DNA of 64,000 nucleotides. Source: Myxococcales bacterium (lineage in GTDB: Bacteria; Myxococcota_A; Polyangia; Polyangiales; DASUME01). A program made the translations under genes and the position numbers. The notes beneath the pieces are model-generated. The model was not told the DNA's origin. It did not search any database and saw only the letters and a program-made list of their open reading frames with translations. The stretch covers positions 5,888,001 to 5,952,000 of the forward strand of contig JASGJH010000001.1 in the NCBI GenBank assembly GCA_047601445.1. Direction: 5' to 3'. Below, one piece after another: positions 32,619 through 42,385 of this stretch. Numbering within the stretch: the stretch's first letter is position 1; the number at the start of each line of letters is the position of its first letter.

Positions 32619-32677
32619 GCCGCCTGGCTGTGGTTTGCTCTGGGGTTGGTGAACGCGTCTCGTCGAAGGCACATCCC

Positions 32678-33133
32678 ATGAAGCTGGACCACGACCTACT
32701 CAAGGCGGACTTGGCGGCAGCCCAGGAAGAGCTCGGCGTGGTGATCCGCAGCGAGCAGACCACCCATGCCGGCGATGGCGGGCGCATGGTGCGCGAGCGG
32801 GTCCTCGAGGTGAAACTGCCCAAGCGCTCGCCGGTCTGTGCCCGCTTCGTGCGCGAGGGGCTCATCGAGCGCGCCAAGAAGTTGTTCGTCGACGAGGTCG
32901 AGGTGGGTTCTTCGTGGTTCGACGACCATGTCTACGTGGTCACGTCCACCCGCGAAGCTACCTCGGCGCTGCTCGAGAGCGAGCGCGTGCAGCAGGCCCT
33001 CATCCTGCTGGTCGATCCATCGCGACATGTGGAAGTCGATCACGACACCGTGCGCGTGGTGGACGACGACGCACTGGACGACGGCCGCGACGCGAGCGCC
33101 GAGCTACTCGCTTTCGTGGCCCACCTGGTGTGA
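32678..33133 (+). CDS. Hypothetical protein
   Basis: GC3-rich ORF with normal composition; no motif recognised. Confidence 0.65.
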   Translation: MKLDHDLLKADLAAAQEELGVVIRSEQTTHAGDGGRMVRERVLEVKLPKRSPVCARFVREGLIERAKKLFVDEVEVGSSWFDDHVYVVTSTREATSALLESERVQQALILLVDPSRHVEVDHDTVRVVDDDALDDGRDASAELLAFVAHLV

Positions 33134-33249
33134 TGCGAGTCGGCTGCGAGCGTTAGCGAACCTCGCGGTGGGGCGGGTCCCGGCGCGGCTTTGCCGCGAC
33201 GGGCGGGGAGGTCGCGTGACCTCCCCCGTGCAACAGCTGATCAAAGCGC

Positions 33250-34029
33250 TCAGCTGCGGGGCGCGGTGACGCGTTCCAGGGCGGCACGGCCCAGGAGCTC
33301 GAAGGCAAAGGGCAAGTCTTCGATGAGATAGCGTCGGAACAGCCGGCGCGGCTCCTGGACCAGGCGATGGATCCACTCGAGCCCCAACACCTGCACCAGC
33401 TCGGGCGCGCGCTTCACGTGGCCAGCCAGGAAGCTCAAGCTGATGCCAATTCCGGCCCACCAGGTCCCGGGCAGGCTCTCCTTGAGCGCCGCGATCACGT
33501 GTTCCTGCTTGGGCGAACCGAAGGCCACCAGCACGATGTCTGGGCGCGTCGCCAGGAGCTCGGCACGCAGGCTCGCCACTTCTTCGGGGCTCGGCGGAGA
33601 ACCCACGAAGGGCGAGCTGCGCCCGGCGATCTTCAGACCCGGGCTCGCGGCCAACAGCTTGGCGGCTGCCACCTCACTGGCGGCCGGGTCGCCGCCGAGC
33701 AGGTACACCGAGCGCCCTTCGCGCCCCGCGCGCTGGCAGAGGGGCAGCACCAGGGAGGAGCCCGCGACGCGCTCGGGCAGGGGCGTGCCCCGCACGATGC
33801 TCGCCCACACCAGAGGCATGCCGTCTGCCACACGCAGGTCGGCGGCAGCGTAGATGCTACGCGCCTTGGGGTCCTTCACATGCCGTCGCAGGAAGTCCAG
33901 GTTGGCAGTGACTAGCCAGCCGCCGCGTCCGCCTGCGAGCTCGCTGAACATGTAGTCGATCAACTGGCCGGTCTGGATGCACGCCAGGTCCATTCCACAC
34001 AACGCGACCTTGTCGAAAGGAGCTGCCAT
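33250..34029 (-). CDS. WecB/TagA/CpsF-family glycosyltransferase
   Basis: VTANLD, ADGMPLVWAS, ERVAGS, VAFGSPKQE, RAP..GLEWIHRL.QEPRRL.RRY. Confidence 0.92.
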   Translation of the reverse strand: MAAPFDKVALCGMDLACIQTGQLIDYMFSELAGGRGGWLVTANLDFLRRHVKDPKARSIYAAADLRVADGMPLVWASIVRGTPLPERVAGSSLVLPLCQRAGREGRSVYLLGGDPAASEVAAAKLLAASPGLKIAGRSSPFVGSPPSPEEVASLRAELLATRPDIVLVAFGSPKQEHVIAALKESLPGTWWAGIGISLSFLAGHVKRAPELVQVLGLEWIHRLVQEPRRLFRRYLIEDLPFAFELLGRAALERVTAPRS

Positions 34030-34145
34030 CGCCTCGCGATGCTGGAAGGGAATGCGCTGGTCGTCAAGCGTGCCCGGTCACGGTCCTGGTCTGGTGCGCT
34101 TCGGACGCGGGCTCGTCGCGAGCCAGCTCACGCGCCACGTTCGGC

Positions 34146-35979
34146 TTGCGCTCCGCCCCTTGCGCTTCGACACTCCGCGCCGTGTTTCCCCGGCGCATCC
34201 GCCTGTCACTCGGCTTGCTCATGCTGTTTCAGTTCGGGCTGTTCTTGGCGCTCGCCTGGCTCCGCTTTTCGAACGTGCACCAGCGTACGTTCGACCTCGC
34301 GCTTTATACCCGGGCGGCCTGGGGACTGGCTCACGGCGACGGTTGGGCCCCGGTGCTCGACATGCACGTGCTGGGCGCCCACCTCTCGCCCGCACTCCTG
34401 GCGTTGGGCTTGCTAGGACGCCTCCTGAGCCCGCTGTCCGACTCCGCGCAGGTGCTCGTGCTCCTGGTGGCGCAGGCGGCCTGTGCGGCCCTTGCGATGT
34501 GGCCCCTCGCGCGCATCGCGGCGCGCCGCGTGGGGATGCGCGGGGTTGCCCTCGCAGCGGCCGCCTGGTTCCTCTATCCGAACCTCGGTCACGTGACGAC
34601 CTACGAGTTCCACCCGGGCACCTTGGCGGTGCTCCCGATGGTCTGGGCCTTCGACGCACTCGACCGCGGCAAGCTCTCCGCGCTCGCCTGGGCCTGCCTC
34701 GGTGTGCTCCTTTGCCGCGAGGACCTGGGCGCCTTCTGCGTGTTGATCGCCTTGCTCGATTTCGCCGAGCGCGAGCGCAGGCCCGCCCTCTGGCTCGCCC
34801 TGGGCTGCTTGCTCTACTCCGGCATGGGCACCTGGTTGGTGGCGACCCATGCGCCGGCCAACAGCTCGCTGAATCAGCACTTCGGCGCCTGGGGAGGCTC
34901 GCCACTCGGGGTGTTCCGCGTGATTGTCAGCGACCCCGCGCGCGCCTGGGAGCACTTCGGCAGCCGCGAACGCCTGGCCTACCTGCCGCGTGTGCTCGCG
35001 CCGCTCTCGCTCTTCTCGCTGCGGGCCCCGAAGCTGCTGCTGCCGGCGCTGCCCTTCCTGGCCCTGAATCTGATCAGCACGTTCCCCACGGCCGACGAGC
35101 AGTACTCGCACTACCTCACGCCCGCCGTGCCCGCCATCGTGGTCTCGGGCCTCGTCGGCGTGGCCCAAGTGCGCGCTCGCTTCGTGCAAGGGTTGTGGTT
35201 CGTGACCCTGGCCATCGGCTTCCACGCCATGGGCGGGCTCCCGCTCGCACGCGACTTCGATCGCGCTGCTTTCGCCCCTGACACGAGCACCGACGCCGCG
35301 CGCAGCGTGCTCGCTCGAAATTCCCGCCGGGGCCAGCGTGCAGGCTCCCGATCCGCTGCTCCCGCACCTCGCCACTCGCAGGCTCGTCTACCGCGCGCCC
35401 CCGCCCGAGCGCGGCACCGACTTCGTGGTGCTCGACGTCTCCCACCGCGCCCGCTTCGCCAAGCGCGAGGACCTCTTGCGCACCTTCGAGGAGCCCCGCG
35501 TGCGCCCCTGGTTCGCGCGCAAGGACTACGCGCTCATCGCCTACGCCCCGCCCTACGCGCTCTTCGCGCGCGGTCGCGACCCGCGCACGAGTCCCGCCCT
35601 GGCGTCCTACTTCACTCCCGCGCCGATCTCTCCCGGGCTCGCCCCCATCCTGCTCACCGACTGCCTGTCCGTGAATCACGCTGCGCTCGAGGAATCCCAG
35701 ATCGTGCTCGGGTTCGTGGCCCACGGCCCCTGTCCCTCCGATCTCGCGCTCTACCTCGGTCCCACCGAGACGCCTGCGCGCACGGACCTCTTGTTCGACG
35801 GCGCGCTCTCGCCGGCCCAGCTACACGCGGGCGATCACCTGCGCAGCGTGCATCTCCTCAGCCCGCGTGAGCAGAAGCTCTACACGCGCGAGCTCCACAT
35901 CTCGGTGCTCCGCCAGAACGGTGCTCGCCCGTCCCCGAGCGATCCGCGTGCCGTTCGACTCGAGCTCACCCATGATTGA
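34146..35979 (+). CDS. DUF2079-family membrane protein (GT-C-like); apparent +1 frameshift at 35318-35320
   Basis: FDLALY, LGAHLSP, YEFHP, CRED, YSHY. Removing one A joins VLAR to IPAGASVQAPDPLLPHLATR, the typical continuation. Confidence 0.78.
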
Positions 35980-36042
35980 GTGCCGAGTCCGCCCGCGTTC
36001 GTCCTCGCCTCGCTCCTCGTCCCACCGCCTTCTACCGCCACC

Positions 36043-36675
36043 ATGACCGAGCTCTACGTCATCATCGATCCCGAACACTGCGCAGAGCGCGACCCGCTCT
36101 GGGTCGCGGAGCAAGCCCTGCGCGGAGGCTGTGCGCTGCTGCAGCTGCGCAGCAAGGTTCAGCCCGATCGGGACCGACTCCGACTCGCCCAGGCCCTGCG
36201 CGAGCTGACGCGCGCGCACCGGGTCCCGTTTTGGGTCAACGACCGTGCCGACCTGGCGCTCCTGGTGGAAGCCGATGGACTGCACTTGGGCCAGGATGAC
36301 CTCCCACCCGCCGCAGCGCGGCGCCTGGTGGGACCCACCATGCGGCTCGGTCTCTCCACCCATTCCCTGGCCCAAGCGCAGGCCGCCAGCGAGCTCGACG
36401 TGGACCTGCTCGGATTCGGTCCGCTGTTCAACACCACGAGCAAAGCCAAGCCCGACCCCAAAGTCGGACCTGCCGGACTCGAGCAGGTGCTGCGCGCTAT
36501 CACCAAGCCCGTCGTCGCCATTGGCGGAATCAAGCTCGAGAACATTACGCCCGTGGCTCACCTGGCCCCTGCCTACGTGGCGGTCATCGGCGCCGTGTGC
36601 GGCGCGCCCGACCCCGAAGCCGCGGCACGCGACCTGGTGCGGGTCCTTCGAGGCTCAGCAGCTCAGGCTCAGTAG
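36043..36675 (+). CDS. thiE: Thiamine-phosphate synthase
   Basis: LQLRSK, VNDRADLA, GLHLGQDD, GLSTHS, GPLFNTTSK, VAIGGI. Confidence 0.9.
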   Translation: MTELYVIIDPEHCAERDPLWVAEQALRGGCALLQLRSKVQPDRDRLRLAQALRELTRAHRVPFWVNDRADLALLVEADGLHLGQDDLPPAAARRLVGPTMRLGLSTHSLAQAQAASELDVDLLGFGPLFNTTSKAKPDPKVGPAGLEQVLRAITKPVVAIGGIKLENITPVAHLAPAYVAVIGAVCGAPDPEAAARDLVRVLRGSAAQAQ

Positions 36676-37427
36676 CCGAGGCTCTCGAAGTACTTGATGG
36701 CGCTCTCCACGGAGGAGCGGAACGCGGCGTGGACCAGGGCGGCCATCTCGTTCTGCTCGGCGCGCAGCGCTTCGTAGTACTGCTGGCGTTCGGTGCTGTG
36801 CACGATGACGGGCGGGAACCCGTGCCGGAGCAGCAGCAAATTCATGAACAAGCGAGCGACCTTGCCGCTGTGCTTGGAGAACGGATAGATGTGCAGCAGC
36901 TGGTAGTGAGCCTTGGCCGCCAGGCGCACCGGATGGGTGGCGCGCCGCGCCTCGGGGGAGTTCACCCAATCGATCAAGGTGCGCAGCTTGGGGGCGATCT
37001 TGTCGGGCTGGGTGATCTCGTGGAAGTAGAGCCGGTGAACCGGCATCTCCTTGCGGTACTTCGGCGGCCCCTTGGCTTCGTTCTCCTCGGGAGCCAGCGC
37101 GCAGTAGATGAGCTTGATGGTATCGAGAGTGATGGGCTGCTTCTTCTTCTCCGCCATGCTGCGGATCAGATCGATGGCCGCCTTGTGCTGCCGAATCTCG
37201 TCGTAGGCCGGGAGCAACGCCGGGTCGCTCAAGGGCTGCTGGTTCATCGCTGCCAGCAGTTCCTCTTGTCCGTAGACCACGCCCTCGATCGCGGAGTCGT
37301 GGTAGATCCACGACATATCAAAGCGCTGGTTGAACTTGGCAAGGATCTCGGGATCGGCCTTGGACACCAGTTCGTGGAAGCGATTGACGCGTTCTTCTAC
37401 GGGATCAGAGGGCAGGACGGGTTGCAC
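36669..37427 (-). CDS. Fic-domain protein with non-canonical catalytic loop
   Basis: YHDSAIEG (inhibitory-helix motif), YRK, HPVRLAAKAHYQLLHIYPFSKHSGKVARL, GFPPVI..RQQYYEAL. Confidence 0.85.
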   Translation of the reverse strand: MQPVLPSDPVEERVNRFHELVSKADPEILAKFNQRFDMSWIYHDSAIEGVVYGQEELLAAMNQQPLSDPALLPAYDEIRQHKAAIDLIRSMAEKKKQPITLDTIKLIYCALAPEENEAKGPPKYRKEMPVHRLYFHEITQPDKIAPKLRTLIDWVNSPEARRATHPVRLAAKAHYQLLHIYPFSKHSGKVARLFMNLLLLRHGFPPVIVHSTERQQYYEALRAEQNEMAALVHAAFRSSVESAIKYFESLGY

Positions 37428-37570
37428 CGTACCTCCACCAACGCGCGCTAAGGACGAGGAGGCGGGGAATCACACCACTCCAACCAGGTCACGCCCGCGT
37501 CTCAACTAGGGCTGTTCGACGACAAGAGTATCGGCACCGATCCGCGAACGAGGCAGGGCGGTGCGGGCCG

Positions 37571-37599
37571 AATCTAAGCACGCGGTATTCTCAGGTCAA
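37571..37599 (-). promoter_or_regulatory. Sigma70-type promoter of the Fic gene
   Basis: Minus strand TTGACC-N17-TAGATT, implying a leader of about 135 nt before GTG 37427. Confidence 0.6.
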
Positions 37600-37614
37600 G
37601 AAAATCGTGTTCAA

Positions 37615-38145
37615 CTACTCGAGAACGTTGAGTAATTCTCGTTCGATCAGAGTTTTGGTCGGGGCGCCCGCGACGGCATAACGGATCACCTGCTCACGAT
37701 CGACGATGAACAAACTGGGGAAGGCCTGGACCTGATAGGCGATATGAGCCGCGTTTTGGCTATCGCTGACCAGCGGATAGCGGAAGCCCCACGCTTTCTC
37801 CAACAGACGATAGGCCGTGGGCGGGAGTGCCTCACCATTGACACCCACGAAGCGGACCCCGCGGCCCGCATACTTCTCGGCGAGCTCGCTGAGGTCCGGG
37901 GTGCTCATGCGGCAGGGACCGCACCAGCTGGCCCAAAAGTCGAGCACCACCACCTGACCTTTGAGGTCCGACAGGCGCATGCGATCGCCTTCGGCCGCGC
38001 CCTCGCCAGCCATCACTTGCAGGGCGAAGTCGGGGGCTGGCTTGCCCTCCATCTCGGAACCACCGAACTGCTTCAGGAGGAACCAACCGAACAGGAAGGC
38101 CACGCTCACGAAGAGCAGGTTGGAGCGTAGGCGTTGCCAGTTCAT
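37615..38145 (-). CDS. TlpA/ResA-family membrane-anchored thiol-disulfide oxidoreductase
   Basis: N-terminal TM, APDF.L, LSDLKGQVVVLDFWASWCGPC, AFPSLFIVD. Confidence 0.92.
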   Translation of the reverse strand: MNWQRLRSNLLFVSVAFLFGWFLLKQFGGSEMEGKPAPDFALQVMAGEGAAEGDRMRLSDLKGQVVVLDFWASWCGPCRMSTPDLSELAEKYAGRGVRFVGVNGEALPPTAYRLLEKAWGFRYPLVSDSQNAAHIAYQVQAFPSLFIVDREQVIRYAVAGAPTKTLIERELLNVLE

Positions 38146-39680
38146 GGGCGCGACTCGGGGACCCGTGAGGCACGGCTCATGGGCAACCTGATCTGAAAGC
38201 AGGCGCCACCTTCCGGGGCCTTCGCGCAGCTGATCTCGCCGCCGTGTTCGAGCACGATCTTCTTCACGATGGCCAACCCCAGGCCCGTGCCTTCGCTCTT
38301 GGTCGTGTAGTACGGATCAAACACGCGCTCCCACGCCTCCTCGGGCACACCCGGACCGTTGTCGCGGACCTCGAGGATAGCTTGGTCTTCGCGGTTGCGG
38401 GCCGCCACGACGATGCGGCCGTTTTGCTTGGCGGCACCACGCAGGGCTTGGGCTGCGTTGCGCACCAAGTTGTCGAGGCAGCGCTTGAGCAGCATGCCGT
38501 CGATCATCACCGGCAGCGCGCGGGGCTCGATCTCGGCCACCAGCTCCAGTGGGGTAGCGTCGTCATCATGGGCCTCGTCGCCGCGAAAGGGCGCGTCCAC
38601 CGCTTCGCGTGCGAACACGCCGAGATCCGCGGGCGATAGGTGCACCTCGGGCAAGCGCGCGAACTCGCTGAACTCACCCACCAGACGGCGTAGCGTGGCG
38701 ATCTCTTCTTCGACGATGGCGCGGGCATCCTCGAGCGTGCGTCGAAAGCGTGCGTCGTCGCCCTTGTAGGTGCGATGCACTTCTTGCACGGCGAGCTGGA
38801 TGGGGGTCAGCGGGTTCTTGATTTCGTGGGCGAGGCGGCGCGCGAACTCCTGCCAGGCACCGATGCGCGAGAGGTATTCGATGCGCGTGCGGGACTCCCG
38901 CATGTCTCGCACCATGTCGTTGAAAGCGCGCGTGAGGTCGGAGACTTCGTCGGCTTCTTCTACGGGCACGCTCACCGAGAGGTCGCCTGCACCGAGGCGC
39001 TCGGTGGCCTCGGCCAGCTGTGTGACGCGACGCGTGACGCGACGGGAGAGCGTGAGGCCGATGCCGAGCGCCACCACGATCACGCTCATCAAGAGCGCGA
39101 TGTAGACGGCGAGGTAGAAGCCCGAGACGTAGTCCGAGCCCTCCTTGAGTGCGCGGAACACCTCGCTCACCTCGCCGGCGCGCTGGTAGTCGCCGAAGGC
39201 GCGCGCGTCGGTACCCACGGTCACGCGTACGCCCACGTTGGGCACCCGGGCGAGTGGGACCTCGAGGTTGAGCAAGCGCAGGCTCGGTAAATCCACGCCC
39301 GGACGTTCCGCGGTGAAGAACGCTTGCTGGGCCTGCACCAGCTCCACGCGTTCCAGGTTTTCGTAGCGCGCGAGGATCGCGCCCAGGAGTGCGTGCAGCT
39401 CCGAGTCCGGAGGACGCTGCGCGTCGGCCAGGGCCAGGTTGAGCGACACGTCGTTCGCCACGGCCAGAGAGGTGCGCTCGGCGTCGGCACGTAGGGCGTT
39501 GAAATGGGTCTGGTACAGCGCGAGGCCGCGCTCGATCTCGCCACCCACCTGTTCGTTCACACCCACCGCGTAGGCCTCGCTGAGCACGCGCTGGCCCAAC
39601 ACCAGTGCGCCAATCAGTGGCATCAGGGCCACGGCGGCGATCGCGGCCGCGATCTTGCGTTCGAAACGACTCACCGCCAT
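38142..39680 (-). CDS. NtrY-like sensor histidine kinase (2 TM, HAMP, HisKA, HATPase)
   Basis: AWQEFARRLAHEIKNPLTPIQL, NLVRNA, DNGPG, FDPYYTTK..GTGLGL. Confidence 0.92.
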   Translation of the reverse strand: MAVSRFERKIAAAIAAVALMPLIGALVLGQRVLSEAYAVGVNEQVGGEIERGLALYQTHFNALRADAERTSLAVANDVSLNLALADAQRPPDSELHALLGAILARYENLERVELVQAQQAFFTAERPGVDLPSLRLLNLEVPLARVPNVGVRVTVGTDARAFGDYQRAGEVSEVFRALKEGSDYVSGFYLAVYIALLMSVIVVALGIGLTLSRRVTRRVTQLAEATERLGAGDLSVSVPVEEADEVSDLTRAFNDMVRDMRESRTRIEYLSRIGAWQEFARRLAHEIKNPLTPIQLAVQEVHRTYKGDDARFRRTLEDARAIVEEEIATLRRLVGEFSEFARLPEVHLSPADLGVFAREAVDAPFRGDEAHDDDATPLELVAEIEPRALPVMIDGMLLKRCLDNLVRNAAQALRGAAKQNGRIVVAARNREDQAILEVRDNGPGVPEEAWERVFDPYYTTKSEGTGLGLAIVKKIVLEHGGEISCAKAPEGGACFQIRLPMSRASRVPESRP

Positions 39681-40318
39681 GGCGGAATCTCGACGTCCTG
39701 GGAACGCAAACGCAGCACCCGTTCGGCGGCGCCGATGCGATCGTTCACGAACAAGCTGACGAAGGAGCCAAAGAACGACTTGGTCTCGACGTTGTAGTCC
39801 GTGCGCGGCCGCGCCAGCCAACGGCGGATGCGTGCCACCGTGGAAGTCGAGAGGGGGTTGAGCTGAATCAAGCTCGCGACGTAGATGCGGTTCACGCCGC
39901 GGTAGTCGAGTGGTTCGCCCAAGGCGACGTCGCGCATCACGAGGCAGCGCTCGAGCACCTCGGCGCGGGTGCGCAGCGCCATGCTGGTGGTGACGCCGCC
40001 GATGACCTCGTGGTCCACGCGATACACGGCTTGCCACAGGTCGTAGACGATCTTGCAGCTGTGACCGGCGGCGGCGATGGGCTCCTCGGGCCGCGGTCCG
40101 TAGGCGAAGTGCTGCACGGCGATGCGCTGGGGCAGGCCGCTATCGAGCTTCTTGTCCACCTCGGCGTTGATCAGATCGCGCGCGGAGAAATAGAGGTGCG
40201 GGACGCCGTTGCTCCACACGATGCCCATGGTGCGGTTGCGGATGGCGTCTTCGGCGAGCGCAATGCCAGTGATCCACAGGAGGATCAGGCTCACGACCGT
40301 GACGAGGCGCTTGTTCAT
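39671..40318 (-). CDS. DUF4390-like exported protein
   Basis: Signal peptide ending ALA; KKLDSGLP, KIVYDLWQAVYRV; lies directly upstream of an NtrY-like kinase. Confidence 0.65.
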   Translation of the reverse strand: MNKRLVTVVSLILLWITGIALAEDAIRNRTMGIVWSNGVPHLYFSARDLINAEVDKKLDSGLPQRIAVQHFAYGPRPEEPIAAAGHSCKIVYDLWQAVYRVDHEVIGGVTTSMALRTRAEVLERCLVMRDVALGEPLDYRGVNRIYVASLIQLNPLSTSTVARIRRWLARPRTDYNVETKSFFGSFVSLFVNDRIGAAERVLRLRSQDVEIPPWR

Positions 40319-42186
40319 CGGGTGGAACTCGCGCTCATTGGCGTTGGAGAGGGAATCTTTTTGACCCCGGCCGGCAGCCACAGGAGCTTGGCGAGTCCAA
40401 TCTGGAACACACCGGCGTCCGTATCGAGACGCACGCCGAGATCGAAGGTGAGGTCCACCGGCAGCTTGGCGATGCCGTGGTAGCCGGGGATGGCGACCTT
40501 GAGATCGTGGGGATCGGCCATGGCATACAGGCCGATCAAGCCGAACACGTCCACCGCGCGCAGGAACTTCTTGCGGCCGCGCACGGCCGGCCACACGTAC
40601 TCCATGTCGACGCGGGCAGCGAGCTCCTCCTGGCGCATCACGGCAATGGCGGTGCCGCAGCCGGGTTGGAAGGCGGGCCTGCCGCACTCGAACACGCCGA
40701 ACAGGTTGGGTGCAGGGCGGTGATCGAGGTTCAAGCCGAGGATGCGCGAGGGCATCAGGTCGGTCAGGTCGGCCACGAAGAACTTGTAGAAGAAGGGCGG
40801 GTCACCGTAGACCGCGCCCGCGAAGGCGCCGAAGCGGAGGGTGTGCCCCCAGCGCGTCTGGCTCCAGTGGTTGATGCTCGCCTGCAGGCGCACGAACTGG
40901 TAGCTCGAGCCCATCAGAGGGCTCGAGAGGTCTCCCGAGAAGTTGGCCAGGATGCCACGCCGCGGGAGCGCCGCGCTGTCGCGCTTGTCGTAAGTGAAGC
41001 CGATCGAGAACATGGAGACGAAGCTCCAGCCACGGTCGATGCCGAAGTCGATGGGGGAGCGCGAACCAGGCCCCACGCCGCGCGCCTCGCTGGCCTCGTA
41101 GGGCATGCTGCCGGGCGGCACGTCGACGATGTCACCGTGCCAGTCGAGGGAGAGGCGTGTGAAGAATCCGACGTCGCGTGCGGTGCCCACGCCGAGCCCC
41201 GCGCGGTAGTAGTCCACCGTGGCCACGGGAGGCTTGAGGTAACATTTCTCCTGGGCTTCGGGGTTCGACTTTTCGTCGCACGGGACGTCCACGTACACCG
41301 CGCTATCGCCGCCGAAGTACTCGCGTCCGTTGACGAAGCTCGTCGTGGCGCGCAGCGACCAGCGCGAGTTGCCGAGCAGGGGATCGAAGTAGTTCAGGGC
41401 CACGCCCTGCTGGTCGGGCGCGAGCAGGAGCTGCCCGCCCAGCATGTGGCCGCTGCCCAGGAAGTTCGTGTCCGCCAGGGCCAGGCCGATGTAGGGCTCC
41501 GCTTGGCGCGTGGGCGTCGGCGAGTTGCCCTGCTTCTCTTTGACGCCTTCCACCGTCCAGCCCACGCCGGCGGCCAACTGCTGAAAGACGATGGTCTGGC
41601 GTTCCTCGACCTCGATTACCAACACGACCCAGCCGGGGCGCTTGCCGCGTTCGAGCCTCAGGTCGACCCGGTCATACCAGCCCGTGCCGAGCAGGCGATA
41701 GCGCAGGGCCTGGATCTGGGGGTCATCGACGTCGAACGTGCTCCCGGGCTCGATGGGCACCAGGCGCTTGATGAGGCGCAGCTTGGTCCGCTTGTTGCCG
41801 ACCACCTCGACGCGCTCGAGCAGGTAGTGCAGGCCGCCTTCTTCGGTGACGACCTCGTCCTCCTCGAGGTCGTCGGCCACGGGGACCTGGACTTCGTTGG
41901 GCAGGCCGGAGCTTTCGGCCTCGGGGACGCGCGGCGAGACGGTTACGTCGCCGGCTTCGCCCGCGGGCTTGGCCATGACAGGCGAGGGTAGAGGGCCGGG
42001 GGTCGCTTCAGGACCGGGCGCCGGGGTAGAGGCCTGGGCGGAGGGGCCGGGCTCCTGCGCGGAGATGAGGTCGGGCGCGGCGGCCAGCCACGCCAGGACG
42101 CAGAGCAATACTCGCGCACGCGCCAGCTGACGCGCGACGGGACCGCGGAGCGCTTTGCGGGTGGGGCGCGCTCCGCCCACGTCCAT
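40315..42186 (-). CDS. Omp85 (BamA/TamA superfamily) protein with a single POTRA domain
   Basis: Signal; POTRA (VEVVGNKRTK..LLGTGWYDRV..VIEVEER); DTNFLGSG; YDKRDS...PRRG. Confidence 0.82.
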   Translation of the reverse strand: MDVGGARPTRKALRGPVARQLARARVLLCVLAWLAAAPDLISAQEPGPSAQASTPAPGPEATPGPLPSPVMAKPAGEAGDVTVSPRVPEAESSGLPNEVQVPVADDLEEDEVVTEEGGLHYLLERVEVVGNKRTKLRLIKRLVPIEPGSTFDVDDPQIQALRYRLLGTGWYDRVDLRLERGKRPGWVVLVIEVEERQTIVFQQLAAGVGWTVEGVKEKQGNSPTPTRQAEPYIGLALADTNFLGSGHMLGGQLLLAPDQQGVALNYFDPLLGNSRWSLRATTSFVNGREYFGGDSAVYVDVPCDEKSNPEAQEKCYLKPPVATVDYYRAGLGVGTARDVGFFTRLSLDWHGDIVDVPPGSMPYEASEARGVGPGSRSPIDFGIDRGWSFVSMFSIGFTYDKRDSAALPRRGILANFSGDLSSPLMGSSYQFVRLQASINHWSQTRWGHTLRFGAFAGAVYGDPPFFYKFFVADLTDLMPSRILGLNLDHRPAPNLFGVFECGRPAFQPGCGTAIAVMRQEELAARVDMEYVWPAVRGRKKFLRAVDVFGLIGLYAMADPHDLKVAIPGYHGIAKLPVDLTFDLGVRLDTDAGVFQIGLAKLLWLPAGVKKIPSPTPMSASSTR

Positions 42187-42305
42187 CAGTGTCCTCCGAC
42201 CGGACCGAGCGCGCTCAGAATAAGCACTGCGACAATGGAGAGAACCACCACCACGCCAACCCAGCCAAGGGTGCCGAGGGCCGTAGTCTCCGGGGATTGG
42301 GGCAT
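42186..42305 (-). CDS. Small single-pass membrane protein (39 aa; 45 aa if ATG 42323), not in the ORF track
   Basis: MPQSPETTALGTLGWVGVVVVLSIVAVLILSALGPVGGH*; its TGA overlaps the Omp85 ATG (TGATG). Confidence 0.55.
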   Translation of the reverse strand: MPQSPETTALGTLGWVGVVVVLSIVAVLILSALGPVGGH

Positions 42306-42385
42306 GTTACCGGGTGCGCTCATGGTCCGCTGACTTCGCTCACGGGGGGAAAGTTGTCAAGTCTCGAGGTGCTACCCTGAGCAGG

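Noticed and set aside
35980..36042. TPP riboswitch before thiE
   Set aside because: The gap is only about 60 bp and lacks the CTGAGA and related core motifs.
40315..40380. Fourth frameshift in the A-run at the Omp85 C-terminus
   Set aside because: As read, the stop overlaps the next ATG (ATGA), which fits an intact gene; removing an A does not give a better terminus.
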